Shown one piece after another: positions 47,834 through 57,991 of a stretch of 64,000 nucleotides of DNA. The first letter of the stretch is position 1. Each line of letters begins with the position of its first letter. The notes beneath the pieces were generated by a model that saw nothing but the letters and a program-made list of their open reading frames with translations, made no database searches and was not told the DNA's origin. This DNA is from Promethearchaeota archaeon (GTDB taxonomy: Archaea > Asgardarchaeota > Lokiarchaeia > Sigyniarchaeales > SOKP01). A program made the position numbers and the translations under genes. The stretch covers positions 1-64,000 of the forward strand of contig JAHLWS010000038.1 in assembly GCA_019057795.1 (NCBI GenBank), given 5' to 3'.

Positions 47834-50800
47834 ATGAATGAATTAGAAATTGATAAAGAGATTGAAAATTTTAAAGAGCAATTAAATTTACTAGCGATGA
47901 TATTCGATACTCGTAGAAAAATGCGTAGAGAGATATCTAACGAAAAAACAGGATTTGTCTTTAATGCTAGATATCAGTTTACTACAAAAGATGATGAAGT
48001 TAATGTAAACGTAATATTTAAAGATGGAAAAATGACAGTCGGCGAGGGAAAAATTGACGATCCAAACATAACAATTTATTATAAAGATAAAGAGACTTTG
48101 GCTAATCTCTATAATAAAAGTGCTGAAGAATCTCTTGATTATCTTTTGACAAATGAAATGGGGTATATAGGAAACATGTCTTACCTTACTAAATTCTCTT
48201 ATCTTACTTCACTTGTTACGGCTCCTAAAAAAAGGGCTTATAAAGGTCCAGAAAATCAATTAATATATCCTATCGAAGATATTGATAAGGGAAAAAAGAG
48301 CAGAAAACTAAGGAACGAGAGCTTAAATCGTAAGATCGATAATGTTCAAGTTTTAGAAGATCCATATCTGTCAAAATATACTTTAGATGATTTTCCACGC
48401 TTAAAATATTTGAAAAATAGAAGATTTGCCTTAAAACCAGTGATATGTGTTGAAAGAGCAAAACATTTGACAGAATATCATAGAGAGAATGGATTTGAAG
48501 TAGACAATTCAGGAAATCCGATTGATCCCGAATTGCGCCAGGCAAGAGCAGTAAATCATATAATGTCAAATAAAAAACCAATAATTCATGATAAACATCT
48601 TATAGCAGGTTCAACTACTTCAAAAGAAGTAGGTATCCCCTTGTATCCGGAACTTATCGCGACGGGTATATGGCCTGAACTAAAAACTATTGGTGAACGT
48701 GAGCTTAATCCTAACGATATCTCAGATAAAGATGCGGATATCTTAAGTTTGGAAGTATTTCCCTATTGGATGGAGCGGAATGTAAGAGAATATTGTAGAA
48801 CAAAAAACAACGATCCATTCTCGCAGCATTTAGAAGAAGGGTGGGTTTTTTATTTCATGATGAAAAATAACGCGATTAGTCATACTGTTCCTGGTTTTCC
48901 AATGGTGCTTAATGAAGGGTTAGAAAGCGTGAAGAATAAAGCTAATAAAATGGAAATAAAAGCGGATACAACTGAAAAGCAAAATTTTTATAAGGCTATT
49001 CAAATTGCAATCGATGGGGTTCTAGCGTATTCTCAACATTTAAGTGAAGAAGCCCTTAGATCTGCTAATAATTTAGATCAAAATGATCCGGAACAAGCTA
49101 CTCGCATTGAAGAATTGAAGGAACTCTCTAGAATATGTGCCAAAGTCCCTGCTAAACCAGCAGAAACAATGTATGAAGCAGTTCAATCAATTTGGACTAG
49201 TTTTGTTTGTCTTCACTGTGAAAATGCAAATTCGGCTTTATCAATTGGTCGGCTTGATCAAATGTTACAACCTTTCTTTTTAAAAGAAATTGAAAAAGCT
49301 GCAAATGATGAAGAAAGAAATCAAATTGTAAAAAAAGCTATAGAATTTGTAGGATCGTTATTTTTGAGGATAAATGACCACGATCCGGTAATGCCGAATG
49401 TAGGGTGGAAATTATTCGGGGGGAGCTCTTCTGACGACACAGTAACTATTGGAGGTGTAGATAGAGATGGTAAAAATGCCGTAAACGATATGAGTTTTAT
49501 TATATTAAAAACAAATGAAATGCTGGGTTTTCAGGATCCTAATATGAATGCCAGATATTATTCTGGTATTAATTCAAAGGAGTATCTAAGACGATTGTGT
49601 GAAGTAAATATCAATATGGGCGCTTCGCCTAGTATTCATAACGATAGAACTATGATTGAAGCGTTGGTCCATGAAGAATTCTCAATTGAAGACGCAAGAG
49701 ATTGGGCGGCTACAGGTTGTGTAGAGCCCACAATTGTAGGTAAACATTATGGTCATACGAATTGTATGCTTTTAAACTTAGTCGCACCATTAGAAATTAC
49801 TTTAAATAATGGTTTCATACCTTTAACTGGAGAAAAAGTGGGTCCTGAAACGGGTGATGTTCGAACATCTTTCCCGACATTCGAAGACTTTCTTAATGCA
49901 TATAAAACTCAACTCAAATATTTAGCAGAAAAATCAATTGAAATAAATAATTATTTAGGAGAAGCCCATCGGTATATACATCCTACACCATTATTATCTG
50001 GATTCTTTGAGGGTCCTTTAGAACAAGGCAAAGATCTTATTCAAGGAGGAGCTATTTATAATACATCAGGAGTTGCCTTAGTGGCATTGACAGATGTGGT
50101 TGATAGCTTATTAGTTGTAAGAGATCTCATCTACAAGAAAAAAGAATTGAACTTTGCTACATTGATGGATGCCATTGAAAATAACTTTGAGAATGGTTTT
50201 GAATCAGTTCTACACAATATAGAACAAGTTCCAAAATTTGGGTCTGGCGAAAATGGTACTTTCGAACTTGCTCAAGATTTAATTGACTTTTGCTACGATG
50301 TTTATCATTCTATTGATAATTATAGAGGAGGTAAATACTTAGTGGGATATTGGTCTATTAGTTACCACGCAGGGTTTGGAATGCTTACTGGCGCCTTGCC
50401 CTCAGGTAGAAAGAAAGGTAAAGCATTAACACCTGGACTAACTCCCGCCCCGGGTACAACGGATATCCTATTACCAAGTATTCAAAGTGTTGCGAGCTTA
50501 GATTACTTGAAAATGCCAAATAATGCATCTTATAATGTAAAATTAATACCTCATTCTGGAGATTCACATAAAGAAACATTAGATCTCTTTACAAGTTATG
50601 TGCAAAGCTTTTTTGATTTGAATGGGATGCAGTGGCAATTTAATGTCGTGTCCACTGATACATTAAGAGATGCGATGGCAAATCCAATTGATTACCGCTG
50701 GCTTTTAGTTAGAGTTTCAGGATATAACGCATATTTCACGAAATTAAATAAGAATATGCAATTAGAATTTATTGAGCGGCATGAATATAAATCAAGATAA
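47834..50800 (+). CDS. glycyl radical enzyme with N-terminal SCP2-like domain
   Basis: GRLDQ, GCVEP Cys loop, LLVRVSGY Gly loop. The N-terminal FKDGKMTVGEG..DPNITI..GNMSYL resembles SCP2. Confidence 0.88.
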   Translation: MNELEIDKEIENFKEQLNLLAMIFDTRRKMRREISNEKTGFVFNARYQFTTKDDEVNVNVIFKDGKMTVGEGKIDDPNITIYYKDKETLANLYNKSAEESLDYLLTNEMGYIGNMSYLTKFSYLTSLVTAPKKRAYKGPENQLIYPIEDIDKGKKSRKLRNESLNRKIDNVQVLEDPYLSKYTLDDFPRLKYLKNRRFALKPVICVERAKHLTEYHRENGFEVDNSGNPIDPELRQARAVNHIMSNKKPIIHDKHLIAGSTTSKEVGIPLYPELIATGIWPELKTIGERELNPNDISDKDADILSLEVFPYWMERNVREYCRTKNNDPFSQHLEEGWVFYFMMKNNAISHTVPGFPMVLNEGLESVKNKANKMEIKADTTEKQNFYKAIQIAIDGVLAYSQHLSEEALRSANNLDQNDPEQATRIEELKELSRICAKVPAKPAETMYEAVQSIWTSFVCLHCENANSALSIGRLDQMLQPFFLKEIEKAANDEERNQIVKKAIEFVGSLFLRINDHDPVMPNVGWKLFGGSSSDDTVTIGGVDRDGKNAVNDMSFIILKTNEMLGFQDPNMNARYYSGINSKEYLRRLCEVNINMGASPSIHNDRTMIEALVHEEFSIEDARDWAATGCVEPTIVGKHYGHTNCMLLNLVAPLEITLNNGFIPLTGEKVGPETGDVRTSFPTFEDFLNAYKTQLKYLAEKSIEINNYLGEAHRYIHPTPLLSGFFEGPLEQGKDLIQGGAIYNTSGVALVALTDVVDSLLVVRDLIYKKKELNFATLMDAIENNFENGFESVLHNIEQVPKFGSGENGTFELAQDLIDFCYDVYHSIDNYRGGKYLVGYWSISYHAGFGMLTGALPSGRKKGKALTPGLTPAPGTTDILLPSIQSVASLDYLKMPNNASYNVKLIPHSGDSHKETLDLFTSYVQSFFDLNGMQWQFNVVSTDTLRDAMANPIDYRWLLVRVSGYNAYFTKLNKNMQLEFIERHEYKSR

Positions 50801-50889
50801 ACCTAATGAAAGATATTTTTTTTATTCATTTTATCTAACTTTTTAATTTTTTTATCTTTACTTTTATTGACGATATTATATTCTCAACA

Positions 50890-51789
50890 ATGACAGATAA
50901 AACTCTATTAGTAGATATTAAAAGGAACGCTTTAGATGACGGTCCAGGAATAAGAACATTACTATTTTTTAAAGGTTGCCCACTTTCTTGTGTATGGTGC
51001 CAAAATCCTGAAGCCAAATCGCCATTTAAAGAAATTTCTTTTAATAAAGATAGTTGTAGTGAATGTGGAACATGTTTAAAAGTTTGTAATCAAGAAGCTA
51101 TAGATTTTTCATATAAATATCGAATAGATCGCTCTTTATGTAATCTCTGTGGTAAATGCATTGAAGTATGCCCAAATTATGCCTTAGAATTTGTAGGACA
51201 AGAATATAGCATAAAAGACTTACTTGAAATTATATTAAAAGATAAAATTTTTTATAAAAATTCAGGTGGAGGGGTTACCTTTTCTGGCGGAGAACCACTT
51301 TTTCATATAGATTACATAAAGGAATTAGTAAAAGAACTCAAAAAAGAAGATATTCATTTATGCATTGAAACCTGTGGATATTATAATCGAGACAAATTTT
51401 ATGAATTTATTTTACCATATATCGACCTTATTTATTTTGATTTGAAAATTTACAATCCACAATTACATGCTAGATATTGTAAAGTTTCAAACGAGAGGAT
51501 ATTAAAAAATTTTGAAGATATCATTGAAAACAAATCAATAGAAATATTACCAAGGATTCCTCTTGTTCCTAATATAACTGATACTGACGATAATTTGAGT
51601 AACTTAGCTAATTATTTGAAAACCTTAAATATAAAAAAAATAGGATTATTACCTTATAATCCACTCTGGCTCTCTAAACCAGAAAAGATAGGAATTAAAC
51701 CATCCTATGACTATTCTGAATGGTTAGATAATAAAGATAAAGAGAGAATTAAATCAATTTTTTCTGATTTTGAATTTAAAGATTTTTAG
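50890..51789 (+). CDS. glycyl-radical enzyme activating protein
   Basis: DGPGIRT, CPLSCVWC, a 2x4Fe-4S insert, GGVTFSGGEP. Confidence 0.95.
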   Translation: MTDKTLLVDIKRNALDDGPGIRTLLFFKGCPLSCVWCQNPEAKSPFKEISFNKDSCSECGTCLKVCNQEAIDFSYKYRIDRSLCNLCGKCIEVCPNYALEFVGQEYSIKDLLEIILKDKIFYKNSGGGVTFSGGEPLFHIDYIKELVKELKKEDIHLCIETCGYYNRDKFYEFILPYIDLIYFDLKIYNPQLHARYCKVSNERILKNFEDIIENKSIEILPRIPLVPNITDTDDNLSNLANYLKTLNIKKIGLLPYNPLWLSKPEKIGIKPSYDYSEWLDNKDKERIKSIFSDFEFKDF

Positions 51790-52133
51790 CTAAGCAATTT
51801 ATTTTAATATCTCTAATTTTTATTTTCTAAAAATTTCTGCGACATCTTGTCCCTTTTTTGGACATATACATTAGACTGTATACTCTACAAATTCTATGAA
51901 CAACAACCTTTCTCTGCTTATCATGATAATCGCTTCTTTTAATTAATATCTAAAAAAATATTTATTGTTTTTATACTAAATTGTTAATTCCTAAATAATT
52001 AGAGCCCAAATCAAATACCAGACATTCAAACCTGTTATTTTGGTACAAGATTCACAGAAAAAGAAATATTATATATCAAAAAAAATGCAAAAAAAAGAAG
52101 CCAGACAATTGGTGAATTAAATAATTAATATAT

Positions 52134-53276
52134 CTAGAAAATGTTAAATAATTCAGAATATCTTCTAAGGTAATCAGGAAATTTATCGATTAAATCTTTC
52201 GTTTTGAATGCATTATTAGCACAATTTACAAAATCTTGTTGCGATTCTAATAAATCATCTGGAAAAATACCTGAAATTTTAACTTTATTCAATCTAATTT
52301 CTCTTATTTGAGAGTAGTTGGTATTTAAAAATTCTTTCCATTTATCCAGAAAAGAATCCTCTTTAATAATAAATAGATTGATAATATCTTTAAACATGGA
52401 GTTTGCGACATCTGGTCTTTCTTTTATATTTAATTCAGCATTTTTACATTTTGTTTTTAATTCTTCAGCATTTTTGAACCAGAGGATATATTCAAGAAAT
52501 TTTTTTATATTAGTTAGTAAGTCAAGATCGTAATAAAAGATATTTTGCAAATCTTGTTCTCTTTTGACAAGTCTCAGAATATCTCTAACTTGTTTTATTC
52601 TAGTGATTCTTTCTTGAAATCCCTCTACTGAATCCTTTTTATGCTTCCAAAAATTCGTCCAACCCTTAATAAAATACTCTGTTATCTCTTTATTTTCAAG
52701 AAAAATAATTTCCTCTATTGGGATTCTTGAATAGAAATGAGATAATTTTCCAATAAATATTTTACGAGCTTGTTCTATGATCCTTGCCTTCCAACAATAT
52801 TTCAAATTTTCAATTATTATATTATAAGGGACATTAAATGGATTATGAAAAATAATTTCAAATGGACCATATGATCTACTAGCATCTGGAGGAGAAATTC
52901 TTGGTATATACAATCTTCTCGTTGTGTCCTTTATTTTTGTATTAATATCTTCAATAATATTATGCGAAGGAAGGAGTATTTCTGTAGATTCAAGTGGAAA
53001 AAATATCAAGTCTTTATTAGGAAGGATATCACAATCTTGACTAGCTAAAATGCCCCAGTGAGCATCTATGAACCCTTCCACTTGCATTTGACCTCCATTT
53101 TTTAATATTTTTGTTAAAATCTCGTCTTTTTCATTTTGAAACTTATCTAGAATGTCTGGACTCGATCGAATTAAGGAGTCATACGTTAAATAAGGTAAAT
53201 TGCAAAAAATATCTCCTTGCGAGATTAAAACTTCATTCTTAATCATATCCTTGTATTTATAAATTGTTTTTTCCAT
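52134..53276 (-). CDS. hypothetical protein with SQGDI..ILASQDCD motifs
   Basis: Long ORF, last gene of an apparent three-gene operon. Confidence 0.75.
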   Translation of the reverse strand: MEKTIYKYKDMIKNEVLISQGDIFCNLPYLTYDSLIRSSPDILDKFQNEKDEILTKILKNGGQMQVEGFIDAHWGILASQDCDILPNKDLIFFPLESTEILLPSHNIIEDINTKIKDTTRRLYIPRISPPDASRSYGPFEIIFHNPFNVPYNIIIENLKYCWKARIIEQARKIFIGKLSHFYSRIPIEEIIFLENKEITEYFIKGWTNFWKHKKDSVEGFQERITRIKQVRDILRLVKREQDLQNIFYYDLDLLTNIKKFLEYILWFKNAEELKTKCKNAELNIKERPDVANSMFKDIINLFIIKEDSFLDKWKEFLNTNYSQIREIRLNKVKISGIFPDDLLESQQDFVNCANNAFKTKDLIDKFPDYLRRYSELFNIF

Positions 53277-53294
53277 GATTAAGATCCAATTATT

Positions 53295-53924
53295 TTATTT
53301 TAAATTCCTCAATCTTTCCTTTCTATTCTGAATACAATTAGAATACACTATTAAAGATCTTACGGAATGTTTCAATAATTTATTTTCTTTCTTGTTTGTA
53401 ATCTTCTTAAAAATTTCATCCTTCCAAAATTCTTCATCAATGATTTCAACTAGATCATTATCTTTTGATAATTCATTACAAATGTAATAGAAGGTATCTG
53501 GAGAAAATTGATCTTCAGGTTCTAAACGTGAATAGGCATCCGGATCATTCTTTTTTAATTCATATATAATAGAAAGGTAAAATAGCGTTATAGAATTTAA
53601 GAATTTCGAATTCTTAATCTTAGGATCCCCTAAGAGTCGAAGGTATGTGATGATTAATCGGTGAAAAATGAGTGGAATTATTTCAGAACTCTCTTTGCTA
53701 ACTAGATTTTTAATTTTCATTTTAATTTCCTTTGTTTTATCTATAAATTCTATTAGTGGATCTTCTTCCGATTCTTCGGATTCTTCCTCACTTTCAGTAG
53801 ATGTTGCATCATCGTAAAACCATTTTATAATAATAGACGCATTATCGATAATCCAATCTTGAATTTCAAGTTCAAGCTTTTTTAAATCAGGTGATTGGAA
53901 ACTTTCCTCAATCTTATAACTCAT
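53295..53924 (-). CDS. hypothetical helical protein with acidic tract
   Basis: ORF lying 13-19 bp from both neighbours. Confidence 0.7.
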   Translation of the reverse strand: MSYKIEESFQSPDLKKLELEIQDWIIDNASIIIKWFYDDATSTESEEESEESEEDPLIEFIDKTKEIKMKIKNLVSKESSEIIPLIFHRLIITYLRLLGDPKIKNSKFLNSITLFYLSIIYELKKNDPDAYSRLEPEDQFSPDTFYYICNELSKDNDLVEIIDEEFWKDEIFKKITNKKENKLLKHSVRSLIVYSNCIQNRKERLRNLK

Positions 53925-53936
53925 TTCAAGCCCTTT

Positions 53937-54683
53937 TTAATAATCTTTTACTTCAAGTTCGAGAGCATCTCTATATTCATCTGTCAAAAAATTTATGAAG
54001 TAATCTTCAATTCTATCATGGCATTCATTTAAATGACTTTCAAGAATTTCAGTATCGGGGCCTATACTAGTATTAGCTACACTTCCTACGGTCTCTAATC
54101 TAAAATTGTAGTTTACCTCATCGTGATTTTTGGGGATAGATTTGAATCTTATGACAATCTTTCTCTTTCCCGAGATAGGGTCATCTTCAAAAGGTACAAA
54201 TCCTAAGATTGTGTCATAGAATTTTATTTCCCACTCGTGTTTAAAGTTAAAATTCGGCATAGTAAAAAACTTATTATACAAAAACGCCTCCTTTGGAATA
54301 GTAAAAATATCTATATATGTTAATACTATTTTACTAATCTTAGGAAGGTCTAAAATTTTACCTAGAGCATTTAGTACAGTCAATATTTTAGGCAATTCTC
54401 TAACCCATTCTTGATAGTCAGAAAAAGTAAATAAAAGATAGTCTTGCCCAAGTTCTACACGATTTCTTTTGTTTGTATCCCAGAAAGTAAGAGGAGCTAT
54501 ATTAATTTCTGTAAAGCGCTTTTTGAGTAATCCTAAGAGTGGTTTTGTAGGGTAATATGCTTGAATGGCTTCTGCAAAAGGATTTATTTTTTCAAGTTTT
54601 ATTCCCGGAAGCAATCTTTCATAGGTTAAATTAATTATGAAATTATCTAATGTTCTCTTTCCAAAATATACTATTCTCTTCAT
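53937..54683 (-). CDS. TIGR04255-like sporadically distributed protein
   Basis: VELGQDYLLF..Y.EW..ISKIVLTYIDIF pattern, recognised by eye. Confidence 0.6.
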   Translation of the reverse strand: MKRIVYFGKRTLDNFIINLTYERLLPGIKLEKINPFAEAIQAYYPTKPLLGLLKKRFTEINIAPLTFWDTNKRNRVELGQDYLLFTFSDYQEWVRELPKILTVLNALGKILDLPKISKIVLTYIDIFTIPKEAFLYNKFFTMPNFNFKHEWEIKFYDTILGFVPFEDDPISGKRKIVIRFKSIPKNHDEVNYNFRLETVGSVANTSIGPDTEILESHLNECHDRIEDYFINFLTDEYRDALELEVKDY

Positions 54684-54947
54684 AATAAAAACTTAAAATT
54701 ATTATTTTACTTTAATAGATCTTTATACTTTTTATCAATAAATTTTTTATCATTAAAAATTTATACTTTTTTGAATATTCAATTATTCCTTTAGTAAGAA
54801 ATTAACTTTGAAAATTAAAAATCAACTACTAATAAACATCATCATTATTTCTATAAATTTTATTTCAGGGATAATAGACTCCCTCAACCAATTGAGAGTT
54901 ATTTATCGTTTACAGAAAAAAATTTATCCAGAACTTACCATAAAATT

Positions 54948-55202
54948 ATGGAAGAAAAATCTATAAATAACCTAAATGAGAAGGAAATAAAATATCTAGT
55001 TAACCTTACTTATTACTAATAAGTCCGAATAGAATATATGAGAACTAAAGCAATACAGATATTAAAGGATGCTACAGAAAAAGAGAAATCTAATTACTTG
55101 AAAGATCAAACAATTAAAGAATATAATGAATTTAAAGAGTTTGGCACGACTAAGCATCCAATCAGACTCCAAAAATTATTAATTGTTGTTGATGATGATT
55201 GA
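54948..55202 (+). pseudogene. disrupted small ORF remnant
   Basis: MEEKSINNLNEKEIKYLVNLTYY, two consecutive TAA, then the same frame continues to a TGA inside the 51-bp repeat. Confidence 0.4.
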
Positions 55203-55377
55203 ATTTAACGATTTTTAGCTAAGCAATTTTTTTTATTATCTCTAATTTTAATATTATCAAAATAACTCTAGCATAACATTTAAATAGATAAATCCCTATA
55301 TATATAACATAAGCATATCCTTTAAAATTAGAAAAGATGTTTGTATAACAATTACTTTTTGAAAAAGGTGGTATTGT

Positions 55378-55941
55378 ATGACAACTATTGCAGAAAAATT
55401 AATAAAAGAATTAAAAACAAAAGCTTTAACAATTCTTCAATTAAGTGAAATAACAGGGATTGAAGAACCAAAAATAAGAACTACTATTAAAAGATTAAAA
55501 GATAGAGCCATAGTCCAAGAAACAGGTATGTTTTCAGAAAGATATAAAATATATAAACTTTCAGACAAATTGTTTAATGCATCTTTCATAATGAGAATTA
55601 TAAAGAAGCTTGATGGTGTAAAAGCTGTCATTCTTATAAGTATTATTGATGGCGCACCAATAAGCAGTATACTTCCGGAAGGAGCTAATGAATCTCGTTA
55701 TGCAGCAATGACTACTGCTCTATTTAGTCTAGCGCAAAGAGCATGCGTCGCAACTAATAAAGGAAAATTCAAATTTTCTTATATCGAAGGAGAAGATGGA
55801 AAACTTCTAATAATATATTACCATAAAGCGTTAGTTTTATCGATTTCATTCGATTCAACAATTAGCAATGAAATGATTTTTACATCCTATATTAGAATTA
55901 TAGAATTAATCGGTAATCCTTTATCTGATTTAATTCAATAG
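55378..55941 (+). CDS. winged-HTH fused to a Roadblock/LC7 domain
   Basis: N-terminal LTILQLSEITGIEEPKIRTTIKRLK; C-terminal GVKAVILIS..DGAPISS..YAAMTTAL..IEGEDG. Confidence 0.75.
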   Translation: MTTIAEKLIKELKTKALTILQLSEITGIEEPKIRTTIKRLKDRAIVQETGMFSERYKIYKLSDKLFNASFIMRIIKKLDGVKAVILISIIDGAPISSILPEGANESRYAAMTTALFSLAQRACVATNKGKFKFSYIEGEDGKLLIIYYHKALVLSISFDSTISNEMIFTSYIRIIELIGNPLSDLIQ

Positions 55942-55973
55942 AGCTTTATTTAATAATTAAGCTGGTTCTCAAG

Positions 55974-56049
55974 TTCTGAATGGTTAACTAAATAGAAAAA
56001 AAAAGAGATTAAAGAGATATTTTCAGATTTTGAATTTAAAGATTTTTAA
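55974..56049 (+). pseudogene. orphaned former 3' end of the activase gene
   Basis: SEWLTK*KKKEIKEIFSDFEFKDF* vs SEWLDNKDKERIKSIFSDFEFKDF* at 51714-51789; 58/76 nt identical, no gaps. Confidence 0.85.
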
Positions 56050-57842
56050 ATTGGTTTACCTTGTGCATCCCACTTTCTAATTTGGTAATACTTTTCTAAT
56101 AATCCTTCTAATGGAGGAATATTATGTTTAGTTCCACCTTTTTCAAGGGGTGAATAAAATCTCTTCCCAAAATTATCGTCTGCTTTAGTGATCCCACAAT
56201 TTACATTAAAAATTCTTTTCATTCTAATGATCTTTTGTCCTACTTTCATGAAATCATCAACTGTATATGCTCTTCCAGTAATTCCATTAAGACCATTTAT
56301 CCAAGGTGTGAGTTTGTGGATGAACCAGAATCCAAATATACATCCACCACAGGCAGAATACGCCTCACTGGCATCTTGAATCTTTATTACAGCTTTGGCA
56401 ACATCATCCCCCGTTCCAAAACGATCTACTTGTTCGGTTAAACCGATTTCTTCTTTTTGATTCATATAGGAAGATAAATGCATTGGTTCATAACAATGAT
56501 ATGCACCTCGAGGTGTTGTTGCATAATCTAATGCCGTTAGATTATTTGCTCGTGGTTCATGAGCAGGAACCTCGAGTCCTTTTCCATGCATGGAGAGTTC
56601 TTCTGGTAATCCCTTTACTTCACAAAAAGATCTCACTCCTTCAGCTAAATCATTACCAATTCCTTCTCGATAAGCAATTTTAGTGAAAAGTTTTTCTATC
56701 GGTCCAATAGCACCCCAAATATTTTCCTCAGTAAATCCAAATTCATCTAAATTAACATCAATTAGCTTTCTTTCAATAGATTCAAGAAAACATCCTATCA
56801 TTGCCCCAAGACTAATTGAGTCCAGACCAAGATCGTTGACTATTAAATTCCATTTGATTAACGCTTCTAAGTCGTTAACTAATAAATTAGAACCTAGCAT
56901 TCCTAGTGTTTCATATTCAGGGCGAGTTACCCATTCTCCCTCATATTCCACGAACCCTCTGCAAGCCGTTGGACAATTAAAACAACCATGCATTTTAACT
57001 TCTCCTCTTGCATTTAATGCTTTTGCTCCAATTTTTTTAATCCCAGTCCATCTTCCTTGAGTATAGTTCTTAATAATAATATCTCCTACACTAGCCATGG
57101 AGTCTATGTGGACTGGTGTACCTGAATCTGCTATTACCATTCCTAATCCGGATTTCTTTAATAATTCTCTAAGTTCTTTAGCTGCATCATTCACTTTATC
57201 TTTATCTTGAACGGGAACTTTCCCCGTACCAAGGACTGCAATAGCTTTTAAGTTCTTGCTACCCATTACAGCTCCCATACCGCAACGTCCAGCTGCGTGA
57301 TGTTTATCATTGATTATACACGCATATTTGACTAAATTTTCTCCAGCAGGGCCAATAGTAGCTACTTTTATTTTATCGTTTCCAAGCAGATCTTTTATTT
57401 TTTCATCAGTTTCTTGAGTTCCTTTTCCCCACAATTCAGAAGCGTCCTTTATTTCTACTACCCCGTCATTTATCCATAGATAAACCGGGCTTTGACTTTT
57501 ACCCTTAATGATTACTAGATCAAAACCTGCAGATTTAAGCTCCTTACCAAAAAAACCTCCTGAAGATGCTTCCCCGAGAATTTTAGTTAGCGGTGATTTT
57601 GCTGTAATAAAGTATCTACCACAGAAAGGAATAGCTGTGCCGCAAAATGGACCAACTGAGAAGATCAAAAGATTATTTCCATCAAACGGATCAATTTCGG
57701 GTTCTACTTCTCGTGTGAAGATCGCAGTTGCTAAACCCATTCCTCCGATTAATGACACTTCATCTTCATCACTGTAATCTTCATAGTCAATGTTTTTCGT
57801 TTCTAAATCTATTCTTAAAATTTTTGCGATTTTTATCACCAA
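56046..57842 (-). CDS. aldehyde:ferredoxin oxidoreductase family (W/Mo)
   Basis: KSPLT, AAGRCGMGAVMGSKNLKA, CFNCPTAC, EYET, GLDSIS. Confidence 0.94.
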   Translation of the reverse strand: MVIKIAKILRIDLETKNIDYEDYSDEDEVSLIGGMGLATAIFTREVEPEIDPFDGNNLLIFSVGPFCGTAIPFCGRYFITAKSPLTKILGEASSGGFFGKELKSAGFDLVIIKGKSQSPVYLWINDGVVEIKDASELWGKGTQETDEKIKDLLGNDKIKVATIGPAGENLVKYACIINDKHHAAGRCGMGAVMGSKNLKAIAVLGTGKVPVQDKDKVNDAAKELRELLKKSGLGMVIADSGTPVHIDSMASVGDIIIKNYTQGRWTGIKKIGAKALNARGEVKMHGCFNCPTACRGFVEYEGEWVTRPEYETLGMLGSNLLVNDLEALIKWNLIVNDLGLDSISLGAMIGCFLESIERKLIDVNLDEFGFTEENIWGAIGPIEKLFTKIAYREGIGNDLAEGVRSFCEVKGLPEELSMHGKGLEVPAHEPRANNLTALDYATTPRGAYHCYEPMHLSSYMNQKEEIGLTEQVDRFGTGDDVAKAVIKIQDASEAYSACGGCIFGFWFIHKLTPWINGLNGITGRAYTVDDFMKVGQKIIRMKRIFNVNCGITKADDNFGKRFYSPLEKGGTKHNIPPLEGLLEKYYQIRKWDAQGKPI

Positions 57843-57991
57843 TTTTTACTTTAATTGTAATTAAATCTGTTTACATGTTATTTATAGGTTTTCTTCGTGA
57901 TTATAATAAGTTCATAAATATTGGTCTACTGCAATTTAAAGTTATGTAAATTATTACACTATATTAGAAAACTAATATTAAATCATGAAAA

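Larger units (their letters stand above)
51770..55249. repeat. 51-bp direct repeat pair bounding the three-gene accessory block
   Basis: 51770-51820 vs 55199-55249; 48/51 identical, no gaps (hand count). Confidence 0.88.

Noticed and set aside
52003-52128. possible ribbon-helix-helix gene remnant (YFGTRFTEKE...TIGEL)
   Set aside because: No start codon and too short to support a call.
55967-55980. TCTCAAGTTCT, reverse complement of part of the three-way-junction motif
   Set aside because: Only 11 nt match, no P2 or P3 partner is present, and it overlaps the stranded activase tail.
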